Below, piece by piece: positions 1-10,243 of a stretch of DNA of 64,000 nt. The stretch covers positions 489,586 to 553,585 of the forward strand of contig CBDCLE010000002.1 of the NCBI GenBank assembly GCA_965218585.1, in the 5' to 3' direction. Both the position numbers and the translations under genes were made by a program. Source of the stretch: Terriglobia bacterium. Its GTDB lineage: Bacteria; Acidobacteriota; Terriglobia; 20CM-2-55-15. The stretch's first letter is position 1; every line of letters begins with the position of its first letter. The notes beneath the pieces were generated by a model. It was not told the origin of the DNA. It ran no database searches and saw only the letters and a list, made by a program, of their open reading frames with translations.

Positions 1-83
1 GAATCACCTGGATCGCTCTTTTCGAAAAAGAAAGGAAAATCTTCCTGAGACCTCAATTCTGAAGTCCGGCTTCGGGATCCACC

Positions 84-1057
84 ATGAGACATTCCGTAAC
101 CGGCCGCTGGCGACTGGGCCTGTCCCTGGCAGTTGTTGCCATGCTGACATGGGCCACGCTGCCTGTAGCCTTGACCCTTGCCCTTGTCTACGTCGATCCG
201 TGGACGCTGACCTGGTTCCGATTCCTTGTGGCGACCCTGGTCTTGAGTCTGTGGCTGCGAAGGCGGGGTATCCTTGCCAGGACGGGCACCCGTCCCGGTC
301 GGGGAGCCTGGCCTCTCCTGTTGATCGCAGCAGTCACGTTGACGGCCAATTACATGCTCTACATACTGGGCCTCGAACTGACGACTCCGGCCGTTGCACA
401 GGTGTTGATCCAACTGGCGCCCGTGTTGATGGGGTTGGGCGGAATCTGGCTGTTCGGGGAGCGCTATTCGACTTCCCAGTGGATGGGATTCGCCGTTCTG
501 GTCACTGGCCTCGTTGTATTCTTCCGAAACCAATTGGAAGCGTTCGCTGCGAGTGCCGACGAGCTGTGGCAGGGAGCTTTGCTCATAACGATCGGAGCGG
601 TGGCGTGGGCGGTCTATGCGATGGCTCAGAAACAGCTGCTCAAGGATTATTCTTCAGTCGCCGTCATGGTCTTCATTTACGTTTTCGCGACGATAGCGAT
701 CTTCCCGGCCACAGAACCCATGACGTTACTCTGGTTGGTCCCTGCCGCCTGGCCCATCGTTGTCTACTGCGCGCTCAACACACTGATTGCTTACAGTTTT
801 CTTTCGCCGAAGCACTGAATCACTGGGAAGCCTCGAGGGTGAGCGCCGTTCTGGCACTGACTCCGCTGGGAACACTCGCTTTCGCGGCGACTGTGGAGCG
901 TTTCTATCCCGGAGTGCTTCCGCCCGAACGTCTCGGCTGGGTGAGCCTGGTGGGTGCGGGACTGGTTGTCGTGGGATCGATCCTGACCAGTCTCACGGGC
1001 CGTAAAGCTGGTCCCGACGGGGTGGTACAGGCTGCTAGGGGTGATGCTGGTAGTTGA
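84..1057 (+). pseudogene. EamA/DMT family transporter, frameshifted near 795-803
   Basis: Hydrophobic multi-TM ORF with an EamA repeat pattern (WFRFLVA...LFGER). The C-terminus FAEALNHWEASRVSAVLALTPL continues in another frame after the T-run 'tacagttttctttc'. Confidence 0.8.
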
Positions 1058-1412
1058 AGCCACTGCCCCGGTGGTCGAGCCTCCGAATATAGAGGGCATT
1101 CGGTTCCCTGCGGGACGGGTTACCTACCACCACTATCCGATCTCCGGGCCTGAGCGTTTCGGCTTCGAAACCGACTTCGGCCAACTCCCGGCGGTTGTCC
1201 ATTTACAGCCTCCAGGATTGGACCGCGCCTCCAGACTCTTCAACTTCGATCGTCACAAACGGATGAGGATTGACGAACTCGAACCGGACGACCAAACCTT
1301 CAAGCGTGGCTTCCTTTGCACGATCATAGACGGCAGCGATCGAGTGGTGTGCACTCGCGCCGAGTGAGAGGACGAGTCCGATGCAGATTGCGGAGAAGAT
1401 CCAGAGCTTCAT
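1035..1412 (-). pseudogene. DUF6152 family protein with an in-frame TAA at 1203-1205
   Basis: Signal peptide + AHHS...NPH motif. The frame continues past the stop as MDNRRELAEVGFEAETLRPGDRIVVVG to TAG at 1035. Confidence 0.75.
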
Positions 1413-1550
1413 TGTGGGCTAAGATTTTATCGCAACCAGGGCCGGGCCGCACGTTCTGTAGTCGGGGTGGAGATTCGCTTCGGTCTACCGTGCCTTGGAA
1501 GTTTGTGGTAGAAACGATTAAAAGTGTCCACCGATTATCGAGGAGGAGAG

Positions 1551-2348
1551 ATGATGAAGGGGAACCAAAAGTTTTGCCTCAAGATGGTTGTCGCTGCCGT
1601 GTTTCTGCTGTGGCTGGCCGGTAGCCCACAAACAGGTCTGTCAGTGCAGTTGCCTGGTGCCAGTCCCGACGTCCCAGATCTCAACGGTGTCTGGAACAGG
1701 CAAGGTTGCATGTCTAACGGTGTGACCTGTCCGTGGGTTGTATCTGAGCTGCCGTTGCGAGCCCGTGCACTCGGGTTCCGCGAAGCTTTTGACGAACATG
1801 CGCTACCGAAATACGACTGCGTGCCGCCGACTGTTCCCGCCATCATCGTCGATCCGCTCCTGTGGCAGATAGAGCAGCTGGAAGACCGTGTCCTTATTTC
1901 CTACGAGCATAACGATGTCGTACGCACGATCTGGTTAAGAGGTCATGGGCATCCGGGACTCGAGGTCACCGACTTTTTCCAGCAGGGTCACGCTGTAGGC
2001 TGGTACGAGAACGAGCAACTTGTGATCGAGACCACCCGCTTCACGTTCGATCCTCATGGTCTGGATGACATGGCGGATCTACCCTCCTCGACACAGAAGA
2101 AAGTCACCGAGCGTTACTGGTTAGAAGGAGAAGACTTGCGTGCTGACGTCCTCACCGAGGACCCATTGTTTCTGACCGAGCCCGTTCTGTTGGAGGAGAG
2201 ATTCCGATCCACAGACCAGCCGATGACTCTGCCTTACGGTTGCGATCCCGAACTGGCGCGGCAGCCTCTGCAGTTCGTTCCGTCAATCTATATTGAGCCG
2301 GGATTCATCCGGATACCGGTGACGCCTCATGGTGAGGCGCCACGGTAA
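1551..2348 (+). CDS. Secreted hypothetical protein resembling the C-terminal domain of long DUF6152 proteins
   Basis: RBS GGAGG and signal peptide. Motifs C-x-P-P, GHAVGWYENEQLVIETT and EDP parallel those in 38205..39233. Confidence 0.7.
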   Translation: MMKGNQKFCLKMVVAAVFLLWLAGSPQTGLSVQLPGASPDVPDLNGVWNRQGCMSNGVTCPWVVSELPLRARALGFREAFDEHALPKYDCVPPTVPAIIVDPLLWQIEQLEDRVLISYEHNDVVRTIWLRGHGHPGLEVTDFFQQGHAVGWYENEQLVIETTRFTFDPHGLDDMADLPSSTQKKVTERYWLEGEDLRADVLTEDPLFLTEPVLLEERFRSTDQPMTLPYGCDPELARQPLQFVPSIYIEPGFIRIPVTPHGEAPR

Positions 2349-2485
2349 TTGAAGTGTGTGGTTCTGCAGGGGACTTTTTGACTAACTGAACTGTCCCAGG
2401 GTATTAACCGTCCGAAATAGATCACGCCGAACCAGAGGAATAACGATGCCCTGTGCGTCCCCTAACAGCTATTTTGAGTGCATGA

Positions 2486-2515
2486 CTGACGTTCGTGTTC
2501 GGGAGCACGTATAAT
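2486..2515 (+). promoter_or_regulatory. Candidate sigma70 promoter of the ALDH-cupin operon
   Basis: CTGACG-N18-TATAAT, 52 bp upstream of the ATG at 2568. Confidence 0.4.
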
Positions 2516-2567
2516 CTCCTGAAAATTTCAGGCTGGCGGTTAGCCTGTCACATAGAGGTGTGCGTCG

Positions 2568-4028
2568 ATGAGCTTACTGGGTTCGAAGGAATGGGAAGGG
2601 AAGATCTTCATTGATGGATGGGTTGCCGGGTCGGGTGGAGAATATGCCGTCACAGAACCGGCGACAGGAGACGAGTTGGGGAAGATGGGCAGTGCCACCC
2701 CCGGCGATGTTGAGAGGGCTGCTGAACTGGCTGTTGAAGCTCAAAAAGAGTGGGCCGCTACATCCGTTGAAGAAAGGGCCGGCGTCATGCGTCGCGCCGG
2801 CGACCTGTTTTCTGACCATGCAGGAGAGATCATAGACTGGATCGTCCGCGAATCCGGTTCGATCCAGCCCAAGGGCGGATTCGAGATCCATCTGTCGACG
2901 ACAGATTGTTACGAAGCCGCTTCACTGCCGACGCATCCGTATGGAGAATTGATCCCCTCTCCCCAGCCTCGTCTGAGCATGAGCCGACGGCGGCCCGTGG
3001 GCGTAGTCGGAGTGATTTCGCCGTTCAATGCGCCGCTCTTTCTTGCCCTTCGCGCGGTCGCGCCGGCTCTGGCTTTGGGCAATGCCGTGCTGCTCAAGCC
3101 GGACTTGCGGACGGCTGTCTGCGGCGGCGTGACTATATCGCGAATCTTTGAGGAAGCCGGCTTACCGTCAGGGCTCCTCAGTGTCCTTCCCGGTGGCGTC
3201 GATGTGGGCGAAGCTGTCGTCGCTAATCCACACGTGGGCGTCGTCGCTTTCACGGGTTCCATTCGGGGCGGGCGGGCCGTGGCCAAACTCGCCGCGGAGC
3301 ATCTCAAGCGGGCGCACCTGGAATTGGGCAGTAACTCGGCAGTGATTGTTTTAGACGACGCGGATGTGGAGAAGGCTGTCGACGCGGCTGCATTTGGTGC
3401 GTTCTTCCACCAGGGGCAGATTTGTATGGCCTCCTCCCGCCACCTGGTCCACTCGAAGGTCGTCGATGATTATACAGACGCGATGGTCGCACGGGCGAAG
3501 GGAATGGCCGTCGGCAATCCCGCTACTGAGCAGGTGGCGATTGGACCCATCATCGATGAGCGGCAACGGGACAACGTCCATGCCCTCGTTACGGCAAGCG
3601 TGAGCGGCGGGGCCGCCCTCGCCACGGGAGGTGAATACGAAGGGCTTTACTACGAACCGACCGTTCTGACCGATGTTTCAACTTCGGCGCCGGCATACCT
3701 GGAAGAGATCTTTGGCCCAGTCGCTCCCATAACCACGTTCAACACCGAGGAAGAAGCCGTCGGCATGGCCACCTCCCCCCCATGCGGTCTGTCGCTGGGT
3801 GTTTTTACGCGGGATGTCATGAAGGGACTTCGACTGGCCGACACTATTCCAACTGGCGCAGTTCATATCAACGATCAGACGATCAACGATGAATCTCCGG
3901 TTCCGTTCGGAGGCATGGGGCAGTCCGGGTCCGGCTCCCGTATCGGTGGCATCCGGACCAACATCGAAGCGTTTACCGAAGCCCAATGGGTGACGATACG
4001 GGGCGACGTCGGGCCGTACTCGTTGTAG
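2568..4028 (+). CDS. Aldehyde dehydrogenase (benzaldehyde dehydrogenase-like)
   Basis: ISPFNAP, FTGS, LELG, GQICM (catalytic Cys), EEIFGP and PFGG motifs. Confidence 0.93.
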   Translation: MSLLGSKEWEGKIFIDGWVAGSGGEYAVTEPATGDELGKMGSATPGDVERAAELAVEAQKEWAATSVEERAGVMRRAGDLFSDHAGEIIDWIVRESGSIQPKGGFEIHLSTTDCYEAASLPTHPYGELIPSPQPRLSMSRRRPVGVVGVISPFNAPLFLALRAVAPALALGNAVLLKPDLRTAVCGGVTISRIFEEAGLPSGLLSVLPGGVDVGEAVVANPHVGVVAFTGSIRGGRAVAKLAAEHLKRAHLELGSNSAVIVLDDADVEKAVDAAAFGAFFHQGQICMASSRHLVHSKVVDDYTDAMVARAKGMAVGNPATEQVAIGPIIDERQRDNVHALVTASVSGGAALATGGEYEGLYYEPTVLTDVSTSAPAYLEEIFGPVAPITTFNTEEEAVGMATSPPCGLSLGVFTRDVMKGLRLADTIPTGAVHINDQTINDESPVPFGGMGQSGSGSRIGGIRTNIEAFTEAQWVTIRGDVGPYSL

Positions 4029-4087
4029 CCGTCAGCAGCGTACTGCTAGACGATTCCCGATAACCTCAAGATGACGCGGTGGTGAGT

Positions 4088-4951
4088 ATGCATTATGTAG
4101 GCAAGTTTGACGACACGGCCTTCGAAACGAATCCGACCTATGAGAATCACAGCGAGGGCTACGGAGAGGTGTCGCTGGTCGATCATGACTCCGGGTCTCT
4201 GCATACAGGTCTGGGCGTCCAGCAGTTGGAGGCTGGAGGGAAGTTGCTGCCGCATATTCACGCCTACGAAGAGGGATTTTACATTCTCTCGGGCAAGGCG
4301 CTGCTGAGCCTCAATGACAACGCATACGTGATTGGGCCTGGAGATTTCGGTGCGATCACCGTGGGGTCGGTGCATGCATGGCGCAACATGGGATCGGAAC
4401 CGGTTCGCTGGTTGCAGATGGCTGCGCCCCAACCTAAAGCGGGCGGGAGGGAGCGGGACACGTTTTTCCTGAAAGACTCTGCTTTCCCGGTTCAGGCCGA
4501 ACCGCTGGACCTCGACAACATCAATGGCGATGCTCTGGGCCACTTCGACGTCGGCCAGATCCCTTCGATGGACGACCGTCCTCCTGAGGCGCCCGGACTG
4601 GAAGGCGTTTCTCTGAACTGGTTGATCGATGAGAAGCTTGGAGCACGCCACCATCGCATGGCTCTGATTGAGTATCAACCGGGGGTGGGTATCGGTCTGC
4701 ACGATCATGCGTTCGAGGAGGGGTACTTCTATCTCAGCGGTGAAGTGGAGGCCACCCTGGACGGCGAAAACTATCATGTCAAGGTTGGTGACGTGGTCTG
4801 GACGGGCGTGGGTTGCGTCCACTCCTTCAAAAACGAGAGCCAGAAGCCTGTCCGGTAGCTGGAGACGTTTTCTCCACAACCGCCCGCCGAGAACGCTTTC
4901 CGGTTCATGGCTCAATGGGAGGAACGGGCTGGGGAATTGGAAGCGAACTGA
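4088..4951 (+). pseudogene. Bicupin (two cupin_2 domains) with an in-frame TAG at 4856-4858
   Basis: HIHAYEEG and HDHAFEEG metal motifs. Domain 1 reads PVRWLQMAAPQP and domain 2 reads PVR*LETFSPQP, so TGG->TAG. The frame continues to TGA at 4951. Confidence 0.8.
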
Positions 4952-5030
4952 CAGGAGACGGACATCTCGCTCGTTCGAACTGTACGTGCGGTCTATGACC
5001 GCACCTTTTGATTCTGCGCTCAGAGCGCAC

Positions 5031-6974
5031 CTATAGTTCGTCGGGCAGGGCGTACGCGATCAACTGAGCCGGCCCGTTCCCACTGCCTGTAGCAAAGACG
5101 ATGTACTGCTTCCCGTCATGCACGTAGGTCATCGGCAGTCCCGCCTGAACGCCGACAGGTATCTCTGTTTCCCAGACAATCTCGCCGGTTGTTTTATCGT
5201 GAGCGCGGAACCACGGCTGCCCGCTCTGTCCTTCACCTGAAAACAGCAGTGTCTTTGTCACGAGAAGTCCGGCACGCGAGGCGCTCCCGGTTCTGGAAAT
5301 GTCCAACCCCTGAAGAGCTTCGTTGTTTTCGATTGCCGGAGGCGTGATACCGTTCGCCATCTGCCACGCGATCTCACCCTGGTTCATGTCGTAGGCTGTA
5401 ATTCGTCCGTATGGTGGCTTGATGACAGGCAGGCCGTCGATTCTTGGTGGGGCACCCCCGCCACGAATGAAGTCGGCGTCGAACTCTTCCGGGTCAGGAG
5501 GCGCCAGGCCCATGACCGAAGGGTTGGTCTGAGATCCGACGTAGACAAATCCGGTTTCAGGATCGGCCGCTCCCGATTCCCAGTTCGCACCACCGGTAAA
5601 GTTCGGCAAGCCAAGTACCCCTCGGGTTCCGTCCGCCGCGTCCACCAGTGACGGAGGCGTATAGATAGGACCGATCCGAAACTGTTCTATGGCCTCCAGC
5701 GCTTTCTCTCTTAGTTCAGGGGTGAAATCGATCAGGTCATCTACGGTGACACCCTGCACGTCGAATGGCGGCGGCTTGGACGGGAAGGGCTGAGTGGGAG
5801 AGGCGGCCTCGCCCGGTACATCAGAGGGCGGTACCGGCTGTTCTTCGATGGGCCAGACCGGCTCTCCCGTCACTCGATCATAGACGTAAGCGAAGGCTTG
5901 CTTGGTGAGCTGCACAACCGCCTGGATCTCTCGTCCATCCACATTGATGTCGATCAGGATCGGATGCGACGGCATATCCATGTCCCAGATATCGTGGTGG
6001 ATCAACTGCTGGTACCAGATGATCTCTCCAGTCTCGATATCCAGGCAGACCAAAGAATCCGAATACAGGTTGTCGCCCAGGCGATGCCCGCCGTAAACGT
6101 CATTCGTTGGGGCTTCAACCGGGAGGTACACGTATCCAAGTTCCGGATCTACTGAAAACGGTGCCCAGACACCTGCGTTGCCCGTGTAATCGGCCGAACC
6201 GTCCAACCATGTTTCGTAACCGGGTTCTCCCGGTCGGGGAATCGTATGAAAGATCCAGCGCCGCTCACCTGTGCGAACGTCGAACCCCATGACATCACCC
6301 TTGACGTTGGTTCGATCCACACGCATTCCGACGAGCAGGGCCGGTCCCACGACTACCGTATCCCTGGCAATAACCGGTGGTGAGGTGTTGCCGATCTTCC
6401 CGGTAACTTCTCCTTCAATGTCCACATCCAACTGGTCAAAAAGATCTACGATGCCGCCTTCGCCAAAACTCTCGACCGGACGACCGGTGTCAGCGTCGAG
6501 CGCCACCAGTCGAAATCCCGGCGTTACCGCAAGGATGCGCCGGTCTTCACCGTCAGCCCAGTACGACACGCCGCGGCCCGAATTTCTTCGTGGAGCCCGT
6601 TCGTAGCGTTCACCTTCGTCGCTCCGCCAAACCCAGAGCGTTTCACCTGTCCCGGCGTCCGCCGCAACAACAACCCGGCGATCGCCGGCAGTGAAGTAGA
6701 GCACTCCGTCCACCATGAGCGGTGTCGTTTCGCTCTTTGCCTCCGGACGGGTGCCGAAGTTGTCCGACTTCCATGTCCAGGCGACTTCCAGGCGATTGAC
6801 GTTGTCGCGGTTGATCTGCTCGATCGGCGAGTAGCGTGTACTACCCGGGCCGCCACCGTAGTAGGGCCACTGACCATTCTCGGCGCCGGTCTGTGCGATG
6901 GCCTCCTCACCTCCTGCGCTGACCAAGAGAGCCGCTAGCAGTCCCAGAGAAAAGGCTATGAATCCTCGCGTCAT
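5031..6974 (-). CDS. PQQ-dependent (quinoprotein glucose-type) dehydrogenase
   Basis: Signal peptide; RYSPIEQINRDNVNRLEVAW, TPLMVDGVLY, HHDIWDMD and PMTYVHDGKQYIV motifs. Confidence 0.92.
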   Translation of the reverse strand: MTRGFIAFSLGLLAALLVSAGGEEAIAQTGAENGQWPYYGGGPGSTRYSPIEQINRDNVNRLEVAWTWKSDNFGTRPEAKSETTPLMVDGVLYFTAGDRRVVVAADAGTGETLWVWRSDEGERYERAPRRNSGRGVSYWADGEDRRILAVTPGFRLVALDADTGRPVESFGEGGIVDLFDQLDVDIEGEVTGKIGNTSPPVIARDTVVVGPALLVGMRVDRTNVKGDVMGFDVRTGERRWIFHTIPRPGEPGYETWLDGSADYTGNAGVWAPFSVDPELGYVYLPVEAPTNDVYGGHRLGDNLYSDSLVCLDIETGEIIWYQQLIHHDIWDMDMPSHPILIDINVDGREIQAVVQLTKQAFAYVYDRVTGEPVWPIEEQPVPPSDVPGEAASPTQPFPSKPPPFDVQGVTVDDLIDFTPELREKALEAIEQFRIGPIYTPPSLVDAADGTRGVLGLPNFTGGANWESGAADPETGFVYVGSQTNPSVMGLAPPDPEEFDADFIRGGGAPPRIDGLPVIKPPYGRITAYDMNQGEIAWQMANGITPPAIENNEALQGLDISRTGSASRAGLLVTKTLLFSGEGQSGQPWFRAHDKTTGEIVWETEIPVGVQAGLPMTYVHDGKQYIVFATGSGNGPAQLIAYALPDEL

Positions 6975-6983
6975 GGATGCTTC

Positions 6984-7445
6984 CTATGGTCGTTCCACCG
7001 TCCAGATCTCTTCGATCTCTGTCCCTGCCCCCCGGATGATCTTCGAGATCGGACAGTACTTGTTCAGATCCGCCTTCAGCTGAGCCATCTCAGCTTCCGA
7101 TGCCGGTGTTCTCACGTTGATAAAGAGTTTGATCGTCGGAAACGGGATGTTCACTTCTTCCAGCAACCGTACGCCCCGGTTATCGAAGGCCGCCTCCACG
7201 TCGATCGATACCGCCTCGAACTCGATGCCAAGGTTCTTCGCGCACTTGTTGCTAATGACGTTGGTACATGCCGCGAGCGCAGACAACATCGTTTCCGTCG
7301 GTGCCGGTCCGAGATTCGTACCTCCGCGCTCTAGCGGTTCATCGATTGTCGACCCCACATCCCGGACTGAGATGTCGGTCTGTGAATGTGAGATACAGTC
7401 GGCATGAACCTTGTAGATGACCGTGCTTTTAGGTGTGATCTTCAT
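6984..7445 (-). CDS. OsmC/Ohr family protein
   Basis: DEP..GG.NLGP.PTE, ALAAC and CPIS two-Cys signature. Confidence 0.88.
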   Translation of the reverse strand: MKITPKSTVIYKVHADCISHSQTDISVRDVGSTIDEPLERGGTNLGPAPTETMLSALAACTNVISNKCAKNLGIEFEAVSIDVEAAFDNRGVRLLEEVNIPFPTIKLFINVRTPASEAEMAQLKADLNKYCPISKIIRGAGTEIEEIWTVERP

Positions 7446-7467
7446 CGTGGTTCCTCTCCTGCAATTG

Positions 7468-8799
7468 TCAGGCCTCGGTCTCCTCTTCGATCAGTCGCCG
7501 CAACTCCTGCTGACGTTCGCGCGTAATAGGATATCGCCACATCAGGAAAATCACTATGGCGTAAGCGGCCATGGGCAACGCGACGATCAAGTAGCGAATC
7601 CGTTCGAGAGAGTCCGCGCTGTTGTCCGCACCCAGCACTGGGTCGAAACCGAAGATCGTGAGAAAAGAAAACCCTATGAAGACCGCCAATCCGGCTGCCA
7701 GCTTGCTCGAAAACTGAAGCAGCGCGTAGTAGAGTCCCATCCGGTCCGACCCCGACTTCGCGGCATCCTCATCGGAGACATCCGCCATCATCGATCGCGG
7801 AAGGAACTCGTTGGCTGAAGTATTAACGCCGATCAGAAAGAACGCCAATCCTGTCAGCACTGCCTCTCCCGGGGGAAGAACGAGAAGAAGCAGTGGCGAC
7901 AGGGTTCCAAAGAAAACGGCGACCTGGACAGTCTTGTGTTTGCTCCATGTCTGGGAAAGCTTCACCCACAGTGGCAGGCAAACCAGTCCCCCCACGATCA
8001 GGAACAAGAGAATGGTTCCGACGCTTTCTTCCAGTCTCAGCGTATAGGAGACAAAGAACACGAAGAGCCCCTGAACGAAATAGGTTGAGAATGTCAATAG
8101 TGCGTTGGCAAACATTAGCCTGAACAGTGCCGCGCTCTGGAGGACGATCGAAACACTCTTCCAACTGATCGGTGGCTGACGTTTCACCGAGGGTTCCCGA
8201 ATACTGAACAGTGCGATCATCACGGTGATCGGCAGGCTGATGACCAGGAACATGCCGATGGCTGCCGTTCGTGCCTCGAAGGTCGGTGTGCCGAAACGTT
8301 CCATGATCGCCGGGATGAGGCTGACGATGATCGCACCGATCATGACGGCGACCTGCAGTATGGCCGTGATCCGTGACCTGCGGTCATAGTCGCTCGAAAG
8401 CTCCAGCGCCCAGGCCGTGTGGCTGACCGTGGCCAGCGTCCAGCCGACGTACATAACGATCAACCAGCCGACGAAATAGACGTAGCCGGCAGCCTCCGGG
8501 GGCAGATAGAGACGGTAGAGCGACACCATCAGAATGGGCACCGACAGGGCGAGCCAGGGGCGCCGCCGGCCCCAACGTGTTTCCAGTCTGTCGGCGGCCA
8601 GACCGAAGATCGGGTCGGTCACCATGTCGAACAGTTTTGCGAAAAGAAAGACGCTACCGACCGTGGCAGCAGTCAACCCGCCATATTCGGCGTAGAGGGG
8701 CGGAATAAAGACAAAGAGTGCTGTCAGAGCAGCATTGAGCGGCAGCGCGGGCAGAGCGAAGCCTGCCATTCTAAGCGGATTTGGGGTTGACTCAGCCAC
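7468..8799 (-). CDS. MFS transporter, GPH/MelB (MFS_2) family
   Basis: About 12 TM segments; DPIFG..D...TRWGRRRPW and C-terminal YPITR motifs. Confidence 0.9.
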   Translation of the reverse strand: MAESTPNPLRMAGFALPALPLNAALTALFVFIPPLYAEYGGLTAATVGSVFLFAKLFDMVTDPIFGLAADRLETRWGRRRPWLALSVPILMVSLYRLYLPPEAAGYVYFVGWLIVMYVGWTLATVSHTAWALELSSDYDRRSRITAILQVAVMIGAIIVSLIPAIMERFGTPTFEARTAAIGMFLVISLPITVMIALFSIREPSVKRQPPISWKSVSIVLQSAALFRLMFANALLTFSTYFVQGLFVFFVSYTLRLEESVGTILLFLIVGGLVCLPLWVKLSQTWSKHKTVQVAVFFGTLSPLLLLVLPPGEAVLTGLAFFLIGVNTSANEFLPRSMMADVSDEDAAKSGSDRMGLYYALLQFSSKLAAGLAVFIGFSFLTIFGFDPVLGADNSADSLERIRYLIVALPMAAYAIVIFLMWRYPITRERQQELRRLIEEETEA

Positions 8800-8832
8800 T
8801 GGTCTGTCTCCCGTTGTCTCTGGGTGAATGGA

Positions 8833-8908
8833 AAAGGGGACGGAGACTTAAGAATTCAACACATCCCAGTCGTTTGGCTGATCGAATTCTTAAGCGTCCG
8901 TCCCCTTT
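8833..8908. repeat. REP-like inverted repeat (GGGGAC...GTCCCC ends)
   Basis: aaaggggacggagacttaagaattc / gaattcttaagcgtccgtccccttt. Confidence 0.75.
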
Positions 8909-9015
8909 GTCAGTGGACGGCGCTAAATGTCTGGCCCCAGTCCGGGAGACACTCTCGTGTCCCCCAACGTGCAACGAAACCCGACCCAAGGTTCAAGCTA
9001 CGCCGAAGCCCCTGG

Positions 9016-10056
9016 TTATTGCATCGAGTTGTACATTCCCTGGACGTTCAGAGAAAGCCACTGTTCGTAGTTGCCCCAATCCGAATACGCATCCAGACTT
9101 ATGGATGCCTGCATCTCCTCCAGGGACGAACCCGCAGCCATGCCCTCGGCGACCGCATCATAGAGATCCTGATGATACTGGATGTACTCGGTCACATCGG
9201 CCGTCGATCCCACGTCACCGTGACCCGGTATGACGAACTCGGCATCGAGCGACTCGAGTGCCCTCATAGCGCCCGTCCAGACCTCGTGGTCATAGCCACC
9301 CATTGTCTGGAACGGAAGCCGTCCAAGGCTGACGTAGTCGACGACAAAAGCGGCGCTCTCTGCCGGGAAGTACACCACCGACATGTTGGCCGAATGCGCC
9401 GCACCTGGATGGATCATCTCAACAGTGCTCCCGCCGAGTTCGATCGTAGTCCTGTCCGAAAATGTCGTGCTCGGAGCATAGACATCGCTGACAGGTCCGC
9501 GGGCGATTTCCCCGCCACTGAGCATACCGTCTGCGTTGGCATCGAAGTTTGCGAAGTTGCCCTCGAAGTTGCTGCCGGCTGCCTCGGCCATCTCGACTTC
9601 ACCGTTTCCATTGGCGTCCAACTCTGCCGCATTCGCGGGAAGATCCATGTCGGTCGGATCCGCCAGTGCGTCCAGCATACCCTCGTGGCCGACGAACTCT
9701 GCGGTATCCGCGAAGACCTCTCCGCCTGAAGCATGGTCCCAGTCACTGTGGCTGTAGAGGACATACCGAACTGGCTGGCCGAAGCGCGTATCCAGTTCAC
9801 CCCTGAGCCAGGTGGAGAAATCCCGGTTGATCGGATCCGACATGATGATGCCTTCTTCGGTAACCAGGAACACTGTGAAGTGCGCGTTGTTCTGCGCTCG
9901 ATACAAATCGCCGGTGATGTTCGTGATGCTGCGAGTCGGTCCCTCTGGCTCGGCGGGAGCAGCGGGGGCCTCCGCTTCCGGTTCGGCCGCAGGAGCGCAC
10001 GCCACCAGTATCAACACGAGCGGTACGATCGAGACGTAATAAAGGATTCGTTTCAT
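9016..10056 (-). CDS. MBL-fold metallo-hydrolase lipoprotein with an EF-hand insertion
   Basis: Lipobox LVAC; HSDWDH, AH and PGHG motifs; loops DANGNGEVEMAE and DANADGMLSGGE. Confidence 0.85.
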   Translation of the reverse strand: MKRILYYVSIVPLVLILVACAPAAEPEAEAPAAPAEPEGPTRSITNITGDLYRAQNNAHFTVFLVTEEGIIMSDPINRDFSTWLRGELDTRFGQPVRYVLYSHSDWDHASGGEVFADTAEFVGHEGMLDALADPTDMDLPANAAELDANGNGEVEMAEAAGSNFEGNFANFDANADGMLSGGEIARGPVSDVYAPSTTFSDRTTIELGGSTVEMIHPGAAHSANMSVVYFPAESAAFVVDYVSLGRLPFQTMGGYDHEVWTGAMRALESLDAEFVIPGHGDVGSTADVTEYIQYHQDLYDAVAEGMAAGSSLEEMQASISLDAYSDWGNYEQWLSLNVQGMYNSMQ

Positions 10057-10095
10057 CTGGGTTCTCCTTGGATCATTGGTTTCGAAATTAGGGGT

Positions 10096-10124
10096 ATCCT
10101 ACTCCCACCCACAGGGTGTGTCAA
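10096..10124 (-). promoter_or_regulatory. sigma70-type promoter of the MBL gene
   Basis: Minus strand TTGACA-N17-TAGGAT, about 40 bp upstream of the start. Confidence 0.6.
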
Positions 10125-10141
10125 ACGTCCTGAAAAGTCGG

Positions 10142-10223
10142 GAAAAAGTGGGGGCAGGTCACTCTTTTTGCGTCGACTGAGCTTCTCCACAGGACAAAAA
10201 GAGTGACCTGTCCCCACTTTTTC
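10142..10223. repeat. REP-like inverted repeat, possibly a bidirectional terminator
   Basis: 29-bp arms gaaaaagtgggggcaggtcactctttttg / caaaaagagtgacctgtccccactttttc. Confidence 0.8.
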
Positions 10224-10243
10224 AGCTCCCACTCTTCCTTTTC

